Below, one piece after another: positions 42,375 through 54,211 of a stretch of DNA of 64,000 nt (its first letter is position 1; each line of letters starts with the position of its first letter). Source of the DNA: the human T2T-CHM13v2.0 reference genome, Homo sapiens. The position numbers and the translations under genes are program-made. The notes beneath the pieces were generated by a model, which saw nothing but the letters and a program-made list of their open reading frames with translations, was not told the origin of the DNA and made no database searches. The DNA lies in the NCBI GenBank assembly GCA_009914755.4, contig CP068257.2:42432001-42496000 (forward strand), given 5' to 3'.

Positions 42375-42445
42375 CATCTCAGATCAGAGCATCGCCTCAG
42401 TGGCCATCAATAGCTCGGGGGACTGGATTGCTTTTGGCTGTTCAG
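42375..42445 (+). CDS. PWP2: PWP2 exon 9. Peptide (S)ISDQSIASVAINSSGDWIAFGCS(G)
   Basis: Anchored by ORF 42313..42771. Acceptor cccgttctctgcag|C at 42373-42374, donor TCA G|gtttgtcc at 42446-42447. Confidence 0.9.
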
Positions 42446-42529
42446 GTTTGTCCCCAGCCTGGGTGGTAGAGATGGACTCCCCATTAGGGACCAGTGCTGC
42501 CCGGCTACAGGCTTACTTGACAGCCACCC

Positions 42530-42725
42530 ACTGGGGGTGCCCTCCCCTCCCCCAGTTGTCTTCCATGGGGTGCCCTCTCCCCCAGCCGCCTTTCAGAAGG
42601 GGCCCTCCCCTCCCCCAGCTGTCTGCCATGGGGTGCCCTCCCCTCCTCCAGCCACCTTTCAGGGGGTGCCTTCTTCTCTTCCAGCTGCCTCCCAGGGGTG
42701 CCCTTCCTGCTCTGGCCCTCCTCAA
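42530..42725. repeat. Minisatellite of about 31-33 bp (GGGGTGCCCTCCCCTCCCCCAGCTGTCTGCCAT-like), about 6 copies, in PWP2 intron 9, roughly 270 nt upstream of exon 10
   Basis: Tandem C-rich units visible, producing an ORF reading PSPPPVVFHGVPSPPAAFQKGPSPPPAV... Confidence 0.85.
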
Positions 42726-42998
42726 GCACCTCTCTGTCTTAAGCCCCTTGCTCAGGGGTTGGGGGTCATAGCCTGCCTCAGTTGTGACCTGCAACCACTG
42801 GGTTGCACGGGCGGGGCCCATCACTGGCTGGTGAAGCTGCAGCATCGGGCAGTGGTCCCAGCCTATGCTTGGGGGTTTGTGCGTTTCACCCCCTGCCCGG
42901 CAGCTTTCTCAGTCCTGTGCCAAGTGGGAAGGTGGGCCGGGCCAGTCTGACCTGGGGTGGGCCTGAGCCGCGTACCCCAGCTTCCCCCGTGTGCACAG

Positions 42999-43135
42999 GC
43001 CTGGGCCAGCTGCTGGTGTGGGAGTGGCAGAGTGAGTCCTACGTGCTCAAGCAGCAGGGCCACTTCAACAGCATGGTGGCCCTGGCCTACTCGCCCGACG
43101 GACAGTACATCGTGACTGGCGGGGACGACGGCAAG
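42999..43135 (+). CDS. PWP2: PWP2 exon 10. Peptide (G)LGQLLVWEWQSESYVLKQQGHFNSMVALAYSPDGQYIVTGGDDGK
   Basis: Anchored by ORF 42803..43615. Acceptor cttcccccgtgtgcacag|G at 42997-42998, donor AAG|gtaggctcc at 43136-43137. Confidence 0.92.
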
Positions 43136-43649
43136 GTAGGCTCCTGTCCCCGTCCCATTGGCCTCTGTGCCTGGGGGGCTGTGAAGATGCAGTGGTCTGT
43201 GGGGCCGTGTCTTGACGGTAGGGCTGGTGTTCACAGCTTCACCCGGGCTCATGAGCTCAGTAGGCGTTTAAAAACATACAAAAATGTGAATGGAGAGGGT
43301 TGGGTGTCCCTCTTTCCCCTTTCTGACTTGGTCTCCTGCACGGTGGTGGCTGCGTGGCGGGGAGAGGGTCTGTGGTGCCGGCAGCCGGCATCCAGCCAGT
43401 GTCCAAGGGGCTCCAGTACGTGGCCGAGGGTGGGTCCATGGTACTGGCAGCTGGCATCCGGCCAGCATCCACAGGGTTCTGGTGTGTGCAGTGCCCCTGC
43501 GGGCCATCTAGGCCTTAAATGGGCTCCTCCTGGAGGTGACAGGAAGAGACTGGGGCAGACGGCCCACTCACCACCCACTCAGCACAGCCTCAGGCCTGTT
43601 GGGGAGGCTGAGTGAGCCAGGGCAGCCGTGGGCACAGGGGCAAGGCTCT

Positions 43650-43860
43650 CAGGATGTGGCGTCACATGCGGGGGTCTCAGGGATGGGGTGTCAGTTGCAG
43701 GTGGGGGTCTCAGGGATGGGGTATCAGTCACAGTTGGGGGTCTCAGGGATGGGGTTTCAGTCATGTGCGGGGATCTCGGATGGAGTGTCAGTCACAGTTG
43801 GGGGTCTCAGGGATGGGGTATTACTCACGGGTAGGGTCTCAGGGATGGGGCAGTACAGGG
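43650..43860. repeat. Minisatellite of about 30 bp (GGGGGTCTCAGGGATGGGGTGTCAGTCACAGTT-like), about 7 copies, in PWP2 intron 10 downstream of exon 10. G-run rich, so it has G-quadruplex potential
   Basis: Directly visible. ORF artefacts read ...RDGVSVTVGGLRDGVSV... Confidence 0.85.
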
Positions 43861-43959
43861 GCAAGCATCTTAGATGGGGCGGCATGGGGACAGGGATCCT
43901 GGCCGAAGCCGTGGCACACAGGGTTGGGGTCTGCCCCTGCCCCTCCTGTCCTGCCTCAG

Positions 43960-44108
43960 GTCAAGGTGTGGAACACCCTCAGCGGCTTCTGCTTCGTCAC
44001 TTTTACGGAGCACTCCAGCGGGGTGACCGGTGTGACCTTTACTGCCACCGGCTACGTTGTGGTGACCTCATCCATGGACGGGACCGTGCGAGCCTTTGAC
44101 CTTCACAG
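43960..44108 (+). CDS. PWP2: PWP2 exon 11. Peptide VKVWNTLSGFCFVTFTEHSSGVTGVTFTATGYVVVTSSMDGTVRAFDLH(R)
   Basis: Anchored by ORF 43612..44112. Acceptor ccctcctgtcctgcctcag|G at 43958-43959, donor CAC AG|gtgatg at 44109-44110. Confidence 0.92.
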
Positions 44109-44242
44109 GTGATGTTTTTGCTCCGGATTGGCTTGGGGCAGGCTTCCCCCACGCAGAGGTGAAGGTGGAGGGTGAGGCTGCAGTGCAGCTGCTGGGGCAG
44201 GGGACCCTGGCACGTGACTCTGACCTTGCCTCTTCTCTGCAG

Positions 44243-44390
44243 GTACCGAAACTTCCGCACCTTCACCTCTCCACGCCCCACCCAGTTCTCCTGTGTGGCG
44301 GTGGATGCGAGCGGTGAGATCGTCTCTGCAGGGGCGCAGGACTCCTTTGAGATTTTCGTGTGGTCCATGCAGACAGGCAGGCTCCTTGAT
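44243..44390 (+). CDS. PWP2: PWP2 exon 12. Peptide (R)YRNFRTFTSPRPTQFSCVAVDASGEIVSAGAQDSFEIFVWSMQTGRLLD
   Basis: Anchored by ORF 44172..44615. Acceptor ccttgcctcttctctgcag|G at 44241-44242, donor GAT|gtaagcacc at 44391-44392. Confidence 0.92.
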
Positions 44391-44563
44391 GTAAGCACCC
44401 TGAGGGGCTGGGCTGGGGCTCAGGAGGGGCCCTCCTGTCTCCTGGGAGAGGAGCGCAGGGAGCTGAGGTTACACTCCGAGGGCCCATGCCCCTGGCCCAG
44501 AGCTGCCCAGAGAGCCGCCTCGGCCGCCACCTCCACTCTTCACGCCTCCTTGCTCTACGGTAG

Positions 44564-44714
44564 GTTTTGTCTGGACACGAAGGGCCCATCAGTGGTCTGT
44601 GTTTTAACCCAATGAAGTCCGTCCTGGCCAGTGCCTCCTGGGACAAGACGGTGCGCCTATGGGACATGTTTGACAGCTGGAGGACCAAGGAGACGCTGGC
44701 CCTGACCTCTGATG
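44564..44714 (+). CDS. PWP2: PWP2 exon 13. Peptide VLSGHEGPISGLCFNPMKSVLASASWDKTVRLWDMFDSWRTKETLALTSD(A)
   Basis: Anchored by ORF 44567..44869. Acceptor cttgctctacggtag|G at 44562-44563, donor GAT G|gtgagcacg at 44715-44716. Confidence 0.92.
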
Positions 44715-45039
44715 GTGAGCACGAGGCAGCAGGCAGGAGCAGCGGCCTGGGGACCAGCAGCATGCTGTCACACCCACTGCCCTGTTCCTCGTTGTGGGTT
44801 TGGTGTGAACCTTCTGGTGGGAAGCAGGGGGTGGCTTTTATCCAGACCTGCTGGTGTGGCAGCCCTTGAGGTTGGCAGTACCTAGGAGACAGCAGATTGG
44901 CGAGTCAGGCCAGCGTGGCTTCCACAAGTCCTTGTGGGGCTCCCGCTCTGTGGGCAAGTACGCCAGGCAGGAGAGAACAGCTCCCCGAGGGTGAAGGGCT
45001 GCTGCCGCAGCTGCTTCCTGATTTTCGGAGTTGCTTTGG

Positions 45040-45195
45040 AGCTCTGCCAGGGCTGTGTCACTGGGAGAAGGACACAGGGACCATGGGGGGCCCAGACGCT
45101 GGATGCGGCCAGTCCCGGAATCTGCAGACTGGGAGAAGGATGAGGGGGCCATAGGTGGGCCCGGAAGCCAGATGCGGCTGCCCAGGGATCTGCAG
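45040..45195. repeat. Tandem duplication of about 65 bp (CTGGGAGAAGGA...GGGGGCC...GGATGCGGC...ATCTGCAGA) in PWP2 intron 13
   Basis: Two adjacent near-identical copies are visible. Confidence 0.7.
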
Positions 45196-45788
45196 ACTGG
45201 CCTCAGGCCACTGCCTGTCTTTCTGACGGGGCTGTACTAGAGGCAGCCGTGGCCTCCTGTGTTCATATGGTCTGTGGCTGTCAATGCCTCAGCGGCGGTG
45301 TTGAAAGACCACGTGGCTCACAAAGACCCAGCCCATCCATGTCCGGGTGTGGACAGACTCTGCCATCCCAGGAGGCTGGTTCTCTCTGCTTCCCGCTGCC
45401 TCACCCCACCCCCAGGCCTGGCATTGGCCAGGCTTTTGGCATCACATGTGGCTTCTTTGCAGAGGCTCTGTATTCTAGTCTGTCCAGCCGCCCTCAGTAA
45501 CCACCATCACTCACCCATCAGCCTCACCTTCCCAGCGCCCCCTCCATCGGCCTTTGTGGGTCCTGTGGCCCCAGCTGGACCGCCTGGTGCTCTTCACTGG
45601 CGCTGAGTTGTTCCTCACCTGTCTGGGTTGGAGCTTCTCCTGGGAGGAGATTCTTGTGTACCAGACCAAACAGGCGCTGGTCTCTTAGGGGTGCCAGGGC
45701 ACGGCCTGGTCTCCAGCCAAGGGTGGTTGGTGGCCTGCCTGCGGGAGACTGGGGTCTTCGTTGGGCCTTACTTTGCATCTCTGTTTAG

Positions 45789-45969
45789 CTCTGGCTGTGA
45801 CTTTTCGCCCTGATGGTGCGGAGCTGGCTGTGGCCACACTGAACTCACAGATCACCTTCTGGGACCCTGAGAACGCGGTGCAGACGGGCTCCATTGAGGG
45901 CAGGCATGACCTCAAGACTGGCAGGAAGGAGCTGGACAAGATTACAGCCAAGCACGCGGCCAAGGGGAA
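45789..45969 (+). CDS. PWP2: PWP2 exon 14. Peptide (A)LAVTFRPDGAELAVATLNSQITFWDPENAVQTGSIEGRHDLKTGRKELDKITAKHAAKG(K)
   Basis: Anchored by ORF 45761..45973. Acceptor gcatctctgtttag|C at 45787-45788, donor GGG AA|gtgagtg at 45970-45971. Confidence 0.92.
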
Positions 45970-46298
45970 GTGAGTGTCAGCATCGGGCCTCCTGATTTGA
46001 GACCCCAGCCAGCCACCAGGCTCCTGCAGCTTCTCCATTTTTGGCCTTGTTCTTTGTTCCTGAGACCGCTGAGTCCCTGTGGGTGGAGGCAGGTGGTCCT
46101 GAGCCCTCTGGGGAGAGTCCATGTCCTCCTTAACTCCTGGGATCGCACAGCCCCCAGCACAGGAGGACGTCTGGATTTACTGAACATAAACTTGTTCAGC
46201 TGAGAGCTTGCATCCACTTCCAAACCTTGATCCTGAATTATGACATCGTCCTGGTGTGCAGAGGGGAGAGCAGCCGGGTGCCCGAGCTCACACTGGAG

Positions 46299-46572
46299 AC
46301 CTGGCACTTGGGGAGGCTGAGGCAGGTGGTTTGCTTGAGCCCAGAAGTTTGAGACCAGCCTGGGCTACGTGGCAAAATGCCATCTCTACAAAAAGTAGAA
46401 AAATTAGCCAGGTGTGGTGGCACATGTCTGTGGTCCTAGCTAGTCGGGAAGCTGAGGCAGGAGGATCGCTTGAACCCGGGAGGTCAAGGCTGTAGTGAGG
46501 ATGGCGTCATGCCATTGCACTCCAGCCTGGGTGCTAGAGCAAGACCCTGTCTCAAAAACAAAACAAACAAAA
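46299..46572 (+). mobile_element. Alu, 5'-truncated, in PWP2 intron 14
   Basis: Starts GGCACTTGGGGAGGCTGAGGCAGGTGGTTTGCTTGAGCCCAGAAGTTTGAGACCAGCCTGGGCTACG... Confidence 0.85.
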
Positions 46573-47839
46573 GCAGAAAACAGCCCTGGCAGCCTCCTAA
46601 GAGTAAAAATGCAGGTCCTCAGTCACCTCACTTGACTAGAGAGTGCTACGTGGATGGTGAAGACATAGTGTCCCCTTGTCTCAAGGAGTCGGGCCAGCAC
46701 AGCACTGACCAAATTGCCTGCGCGGGGTCCTGGCTGGGCTGTGAGGCTCACCTGGGTGGGGGTCAGGCTTAGGAGAAGGGGGAGGATCTGTGGGATGTGC
46801 CCGGGGTGGGTGGCCTTGGGGGCTGGACCTGTGTCCCAGGAGCTCAGAAGCCTGTTCAGCAGAGGGTCTTCCTCCAGAAGGAAGTAGCGACCCTGTCTTG
46901 GAAGTGGTATGAATGCCTGTGTGCAGTCCTCATGGGTTCGCCCTGAGTGTGGAACTGCTGGGTGCTGGTGGTTCTGTTTCCAGCTTGGAGGAGCTGCACG
47001 GTTGCCATTCCCACGAGGAACGCTGTCGGCTTCTGGCTTCTCCACCTCCTCGCCAGCACTTGTTGCTTTATTATTATTATTTTTTTAATGAGAGCTGTTG
47101 GGGTGGATGTGAATTCGTATCTCATTGTAGTTGTGATTGTGGTTTCTCTAGTGACATTCAGCATTTTCTGTCTGCGGCTTGGCCGTTTGTAAGTCTTCTT
47201 TGGAGAAGTGTCTGTTCAGGTCTCTTGCCTGTTTTTGAATTGGGTTGTTTGGATTTTGGTTGTGGATTTTAGGGGTTTCTCTGATACCTGATGTGCAGAT
47301 ATTTGTTCCGCTTTGTGAACTGTCTTTCCACCGTTTTGGTGGCACTCTTAGTTCTGATGATGTCCACTTTGCTCATTTTTTCTGTTGTTCTTTGTTCTCT
47401 ACTGTCATAACTAAGGGACCTTGCCCACCCCGAGGCGTCTGTTGAGCGGGGTGGTAAGGGCTGGTTTCTGGTTTCTGCAGGACTAAGCAGACGTGACTGA
47501 GAGTAGGCTGCTTAGGGTGGAGGCCGACTGGTCGCCGTTTTGTGCTGACCTCAGCAGGGAACACTGTTCCTTGAGCCACTTGTTCCTTTTGTGAAAAAGA
47601 CATTGATTCTCAGGAAGCGGAAGCATCTAAGGGTGGTGCTGGCTCAGAGCGGAACCAGGTGATGGCACCATTGGACATTGTGGGTTTTAAAAGTCTCGCG
47701 TGAGTTGAGGCAGCGAGCCTTGGCGAAAGTTGCTGAGGCTGGTGTTTGCTTCCTGGAGGGCTGGTATAGGATCTCCTCTATTTCCTAAGGTTAGTTTTTA
47801 TTTTATTTATTTTTATTTTTATTTTTATTTTTGATTTTT

Positions 47840-48117
47840 GACACGGTCTCGCTCTTGTCACCCAGGCTAGAGTACAGGAGTGCAATCATGGCTCACTGCA
47901 GCCTCCAACCCCTGGGCTCAAGTGATCCTCCCACATCAGCCTCCTGAGTAGCTGGGACTACAGGCATGTGCCACCGCACCCTGTTAATTTTATTTTTTGT
48001 AGAAACAGGGTCTTGGTATATTGTCCAAGCTTGTCTTGAACTCCTGGACTCAAGCAATCTTCCCAACTCAGCCTCCCAAAGTGCTGAGATAACAGGCGGG
48101 AGCCACCATGCAGGCCT
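47840..48117 (-). mobile_element. Alu, antisense, in PWP2 intron 14 just upstream of exon 15
   Basis: Starts GACACGGTCTCGCTCTTGTCACCCAGGCTAGAGTACAGGAGTGCAATCATGGCTCACTGCAGCC... Confidence 0.85.
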
Positions 48118-48192
48118 AAAGTTGGTTTTTAGGAGCCATACGCTGAGGTTTCCGTGGTGGCCACCGTAAGTCCATGTCTCCTCTCCACCCAG

Positions 48193-48340
48193 GGCCTTCA
48201 CCGCCCTGTGCTACTCTGCAGACGGCCACAGCATCCTGGCGGGAGGCATGTCCAAGTTCGTGTGCATCTACCACGTCCGTGAGCAGATTCTCATGAAGAG
48301 GTTCGAGATCTCTTGCAACCTGTCTCTGGACGCCATGGAG
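48193..48340 (+). CDS. PWP2: PWP2 exon 15. Peptide (K)[49 protein letters not shown]
   Basis: Anchored by ORF 48248..48631. Acceptor tctcctctccacccag|G at 48191-48192, donor GAG|gtgagcc at 48341-48342. Confidence 0.92.
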
Positions 48341-49623
48341 GTGAGCCGCCAGCGCGGGGCCGGATGGATGTTGCTTCCAATGCAGGTGGAATGCGTCGGG
48401 CTCCTGCGTTCTGCACTCCTGGCTCCATGGGGCCTTGGGCACAGTTGTGGTGCTTGTCCTGTATCTAAGTGCACGGGCCCCTCACCTGCCCCAGCAGAGT
48501 CCGGCCGTGAAGCCAGCGCCTGCCTCAGCTGTGTGTGGAGCCACGGTCCCCAACCCTTTTGGCATTTGGGACCGGTTTCGTGGAAGGCAATTTTTCCACA
48601 GACAGGGTTGGGGGGATTGATTTTGGGATGAAACTGTTTCACCTCAGATCAAGATCACCAGGCATTAGATTCTCAGAAGGAGGGTGCAACCTAGATCCCT
48701 CACGTGTCGTTCACAATAGGGTTCGCACTCCTGTGAGAATCTAATGCTGCCACTGATCTGTCAGGAGGCGGAGCTCAGGTGGTGATGCGAGCAATGGGGA
48801 GCGGCTGTAAATTCAGATGAAGCTTCACTCATTCACCTGCCCACCACTCACCTCCTGCCGTGCAGCCTGTTTCCTAACAGACCATGGGCCAGTACCAGGG
48901 GTTGGGAACCACTGCTGTGGATGACCCTGCCGAGGCTGGTTGCTAGGAGGCTGGAGCTGTGAGGGGCAGTGCCCAGCACACGCTGGCTCAGGAGACACGG
49001 ACATCTGTCAGGGAAGGAGTGAACGAAGAGGGTGCTGGTAGGCCCTGCCCGATGGCTTCCTGCCCAGGGTCCTGTGTACAAGGCTCTGCCTTCACTGTCC
49101 CCACTGGTGCCTGCCCTTCCCCCTCAGCACAGCCCTCGGCTCAGGTCCCACTCACATGCTGGCTCCTGCAGGACCTCAGAATGAGAGTGAGGAAGCCCTG
49201 GTAGCCTCTAAGCAGGGGTGTGGCTGCTGGGTTCACCTGTCCACGCCCCATCGGGGCAGAAGCCCACTGTCCCCTAAATGTTTCTGGGGGAAAGTGTCCT
49301 TGGCATTTTCACAAGGGAGTAGACGGCCATCCTCGCTGTGAGCCCCAGCCTTTGTGATGGTGGCAGCAATGCCAGCATGTAGACCTCAGTCCATCCCCCT
49401 CCGCAGCCTCCGCACCTGCCCTGCTCCACAGCTTCCACACCCACCCTGTCTGCAGCTAGCTCTGCAGGAAGAGTCCCTGGGGCACTGCAGGGCTCTCTCC
49501 CCGTCCTTGTTCTAGACAGGGCTGAGGCTTGTCTGGTGTTGGGGTCAAAGAGCAAGGGTAGGAGACGAGGGCCAGGCGGCCAGGCCATCAGAAGCAAGGC
49601 GTCCACTGCTTTTGCTGTTCTAG

Positions 49624-49732
49624 GAATTTTTGAACCGAAGAAAAATGACAGAGTTTGGCAACCTGGCACTAATTGATCAGGATGCTGGGCAGGAGGATGG
49701 AGTCGCGATACCACTGCCAGGCGTCAGGAAAG
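49624..49732 (+). CDS. PWP2: PWP2 exon 16. Peptide EFLNRRKMTEFGNLALIDQDAGQEDGVAIPLPGVRK(G)
   Basis: Anchored by ORF 49630..49845. Acceptor ttttgctgttctag|G at 49622-49623, donor AAA G|gtgagcag at 49733-49734. Confidence 0.9.
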
Positions 49733-50512
49733 GTGAGCAGAGGTTCCTCCCGCATCTGCCCACCACTCACCGGTCCTGGGTGACCACGCATTCATGCCCC
49801 TGGTTGGGGCTGCAGTGTGTGGAAATAACAGTTACTACATGGTGACATTTGCTGGACACTGGGGGTGTCAAAGGCCCAGTGGGTTGGTGCTGGTGCCGTC
49901 AGCCCCTGGGCAGGAGAAGCTGCCCATGTGTTGCTACACGTGGCCTCCCTGCCCTGGCGGGACCCGTCCATTTGCTCTTGGGACTGGGTGCCCCGTCTGC
50001 TGCACAGCACACGGAGCATTCTGGCGTGAGGCCATGTGCGCCGCACAGAGAGCCAGGTGCTCTAGAAGATCTGGGTCCCAGGTAGACCATCCTGATGGGA
50101 CACTCGCCAGCCAGAAACCCTGAGTGCTTCCACATGCAGGCCCAGGGTACCGTGTTGAGCACAGCAGACCCACTCCTGGGCTGGGCTGGGGCCCTTTTCT
50201 GGGTTGGACACACAGTCTGCTGGCCGGGCTGGCTTTTTTGAGCATCTGCCCCATGGGCTGGGCCATCTGTTTGGCAGCTCACCCGGAACAGCCTCCGCGG
50301 CCCCAGCACGGGCCCACCTGCCGCAGCTGCAGCGAGGGAAGGGCTGCTTCTGCCTCCGCTTTGTGCAGGACCCAATGAGTAGAGGCTGCTGCTCTTGATG
50401 GGGCTCCCACAGCACCCCCCAGCCAGCCGGGAGACCGCAGGATGACTTGCTTCGTGGGGAGAGCAGCCTGGATATGCTGTCCAGTGATCATTAACGGTTC
50501 TTTTTTCCCCAG

Positions 50513-50578
50513 GTGACATGAGTTCTCGGCACTTCAAACCTGAGATCAGGGTGACCTCACTCCGCTTCTCTCCCACTG
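50513..50578 (+). CDS. PWP2: PWP2 exon 17. Peptide (G)DMSSRHFKPEIRVTSLRFSPT(G)
   Basis: Acceptor cggttcttttttccccag|G at 50511-50512, donor ACT G|gtgagcac at 50579-50580. No ORF-track anchor, but phase and total protein length agree. Confidence 0.85.
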
Positions 50579-51546
50579 GTGAGCACTGAGCCATGGGCTT
50601 TTGGTGCCGGTGGGCACTGGGGCATCTGTGCCATAGCAAGGCTGGCCACCATGGAGCTGTCTGCAGGCTCTGGGCTGTGCCCTGTGCCCCTGGGTAAGAA
50701 CATGGCCCTGCAAACCCTGCAGGCCACAAGATGGCTGTTGTCCCTGAGGATGGATGGCTGTCACGGTGCCAACCTCAGATGCACTGAGCTTTGAAACATG
50801 GCAGGCCTGGTATGCCCTTGCTCTAGCAGCTCCCCGAGTGCCCTGGACGTGCTGCCTGGGGGCGGCTCTGCCATCACGGAGAGCCCGTCTCCTGCGCACT
50901 GCCCCCATCCTCTCGCAGTGGGGAGGAGGGTCTGTGCCACAGGCCTGTGGAGCCTGGCGGTGCACATGGTCCCCACACAGAGGAGCCAGGAGCAGGGCTA
51001 TTGGCAAGCGTGCTCCAGCCTAGACTGAGTGTCAGAGCCAGGGGCAGAGAGGCCCATGTGAGCCAGGGGTCTGTGCCCTCGGGCCCAAGGGCCAAATCTG
51101 GCTGGCCACCTGCTTTGGTCACTGATGTTTTACTGGGACATTTTACTGGGCGTTTTTTTGTTGGCGGATCCTTCTGGCTGTCTCTAGTGATCCGTGCAGC
51201 ACTGAGTAGGTGCAGCAGAGACCACAGGGCCTGCGGAGCTGAAGACGCCTGAGCTAGACAGAAGACTTGGCTGGCTCCCGGCGTCAAGAGAGGACGACGC
51301 ATGCGTGTACATATTTGCTTATATGTGCATCCCTGGGAGAGTAACTTCTGGGATGATCCATTCATTCCTTCCCAGGGGAGTAGTGGGGTGGGGGCTAGAG
51401 GCAGACGTCCCGGTTCCTCCTGATTTTTGCACTTTGTCCCAGGGGAATGTACTTAATACTGTTTCTTTAAAAAAAAAAAAAAAAAGAAAAAAAATGTTGG
51501 GAGGAATGAGCTTAAATTTTTAGGAAAGCACTGCTTAATTTCCCAG

Positions 51547-51765
51547 GGCGCTGCTGGGCGGCCACCACCACGGAGGGACTCCTCATCTACTCCCTGGACA
51601 CCCGCGTGCTCTTTGACCCGTTTGAGCTGGACACCAGCGTCACCCCCGGGAGGGTGCGCGAGGCACTGCGCCAGCAGGACTTCACCAGGGCCATCCTCAT
51701 GGCCCTCCGGCTCAACGAGAGCAAACTGGTGCAGGAGGCCCTGGAGGCGGTGCCCAGGGGCGAGA
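51547..51765 (+). CDS. PWP2: PWP2 exon 18. Peptide (G)RCWAATTTEGLLIYSLDTRVLFDPFELDTSVTPGRVREALRQQDFTRAILMALRLNESKLVQEALEAVPRGE(I)
   Basis: Anchored by ORF 51606..51821. Acceptor gcttaatttcccag|G at 51545-51546, donor GAG A|gtgagttg at 51766-51767. Confidence 0.9.
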
Positions 51766-51861
51766 GTGAGTTGGGGCTTCGGTGTCGGGCGCCGGGGTCA
51801 TCCTCTCTTCCCCTGGTTTGAGTTGGTGGCAGAATAAGCATGATTTTTTCTCCTTTTGCAG

Positions 51862-52012
51862 TTGAAGTGGTCACCTCCTCCCTTCCTGAACTGTATGTGG
51901 AGAAAGTGCTGGAGTTTTTAGCTTCCTCCTTTGAAGTGTCTCGCCACCTGGAATTCTACCTCCTCTGGACTCACAAACTGCTCATGTTGCACGGACAGAA
52001 GCTGAAGTCCAG
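51862..52012 (+). CDS. PWP2: PWP2 exon 19. Peptide (I)EVVTSSLPELYVEKVLEFLASSFEVSRHLEFYLLWTHKLLMLHGQKLKS(R)
   Basis: Acceptor gattttttctccttttgcag|T at 51860-51861, donor TCC AG|gtagagg at 52013-52014. Length of 151 nt is consistent with the phases on both sides. Confidence 0.88.
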
Positions 52013-52166
52013 GTAGAGGGTCTCCCCCGCAGTTCATCGGTGGCTCAGGTCACTGGACCAGCTTGTCCTGCTGGATAAAAGGGAACTTTGACATGCCAAT
52101 GCAGCATGAAGTGAGCCCACTGTACCACGGGGTGAGCCCCGCACGCTTAGGGAGTCTCCCTTTCAG

Positions 52167-52241
52167 AGCCGGGACGCTGCTGCCTGTCATTCAGTTCCTC
52201 CAGAAGAGCATCCAGCGGCACCTGGACGACCTGTCGAAACT
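52167..52241 (+). CDS. PWP2: PWP2 exon 20. Peptide (R)AGTLLPVIQFLQKSIQRHLDDLSK(L)
   Basis: Anchored by ORF 52063..52332. Acceptor gagtctccctttcag|A at 52165-52166, donor AAA CT|gtacgtg at 52242-52243. Confidence 0.9.
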
Positions 52242-53264
52242 GTACGTGTGGGTGCAGGGCCTGGGGGTGGGTGGGGTGCACGGTCCCCTGCTGGTCCACA
52301 CTGTGGAGTGCTCCTTGTGTCATCTGATTTGAGGACAAAAGGAACCAGTGCTGGAGGCTTGTCTTCTCACCTGCGGGTGAACTGCACCTGCCCGGCCACC
52401 CCGTGGTTGACCAGCTTGGGAAATGGCCTGGCGCTGAATGGAAAGCAGTGAGCACTGTGGCAGGCAGACAGGCTGCAGGTGGCGCGCTCCAGGTGCGGCC
52501 GGAATCCTCCAGGCTCTTGGAGGGATTGCTGCATTCGTAGGACCAGGCAGCCTTTCCTGAATTTGCAGGTCACTTGCACAGGCAGTGGGGGTGGTCACAG
52601 GACTGTGAGGCCAGGCAGCCTGGAGTCCTGGAGGTGTGGCTGCCCTGAGCTGTGGCTCCCCTAGAAAAGGGTGCTGTTGCTGCTGCTGCGAGGATTCATC
52701 CGCGGGCCTAGGACAGGGCCCGGCCCTCCGCAGTGCTCACTCTGCAGGGGTGCCCGCCTCTTCTCCTGTCATTTCTTTGTGGTTTGTGCCTTTTTTGTCC
52801 CTACCAATTCACCTTCCCTAAAGGTCCTGCAGAGCCGGGACTAGGCAGGCCTCAGAGTAGCCATGTGAGGGATATCACCCTCTGTTGCCAATCAGTTGCC
52901 GGGTTTCCCAGCTGCGTTTCTGAACGGTCTGTTCTCTGTCCTGTTTGCGAGTTGCTCTGTCCAGGGTTCAGGGGCAGAGCCTGAGTTTGGGCCTTGTGGG
53001 TTCATGTGGTCCTCCTGTCTGTCCTTGAAGTGTCACTCAGTCTTTGGAAAGAGTCCTGGAGTCCAGGTCGAGCCTGTCCTCCCCTCGTGTTCTGGGTGCC
53101 CTACAGAAGGCTGGGATGTGCCCTGATCCACAGTTTTGGTGCCAGGCCTTCCCTCGGCTGAGATGTCCTGGACTTTTCACAGAGCTCTGTAGGGGAGGAG
53201 GGTTGTCTAGCTCCCTTATTTATGTATTTATTTATTTTTTAATTCATTATTATTATTATTATTA

Positions 53265-53562
<298 letters not shown>

Positions 53563-54211
53563 TAGATTTATTCCCTCTTATGGGATGTTTTTAGAGTTCA
53601 CGTAAGCGCATTGTTCCTTGGACCTCCTGTCTAGGCGTTCACTGCCAATCTGTAGGGTTGCCATTGGCTGTCAGGAAGAGTCCTGCACAGAGGGTCCTGT
53701 GCCCTGCAGATGCGATGGGGCGCTTCCTTCCTTTCTCATCCATTTATCTTTCAGTTCTCCTTTCCTATGTAAAGTGATGGTGGCATCACTTTTCTCCTTT
53801 ATTCCATTAACTCAGAAAATTAACTGATTCAGAGCGTGCCTTCCTCCCCTCTCGCTCCACAACACCACATAGCTCTGCAGCGGTCTCTTCCTAAGTGTTT
53901 GGTGGAACTTGCTGGTGAAGCCATCTAGATTGGGCCCAGCGGAAGGGCTGAGCTGCCAGGATGACCCCAAAGGGATGGGATGTTACAGTTGGGTCCTTGG
54001 GTCCTTGAAGGCCTTTGCTGCCCCAGGGCTGGATGGGGCAGAACCAGATTGTTGGGGCAGGGAAAAGAGGAAAAAAATGGCTGCTGGGGTGGAGGAACCG
54101 GCATGTCCAGCCCCTGCTGCTTTTCTCAGGGGTCACAGAGGAGGTGGTTGGGTGCAGGACAGGCCAGGGCCTGGGCGTTGCTGGCATTGACCATCCCTGT
54201 GTGATTGACAG

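Noticed and set aside
49899-50729. 276-aa minus-strand ORF antisense to PWP2 intron 16 and exon 17
   Set aside because: Low-complexity P/G/S/A-rich translation typical of GC-rich non-coding DNA. It overlaps a verified sense exon and intron, and has no promoter or splice signals.
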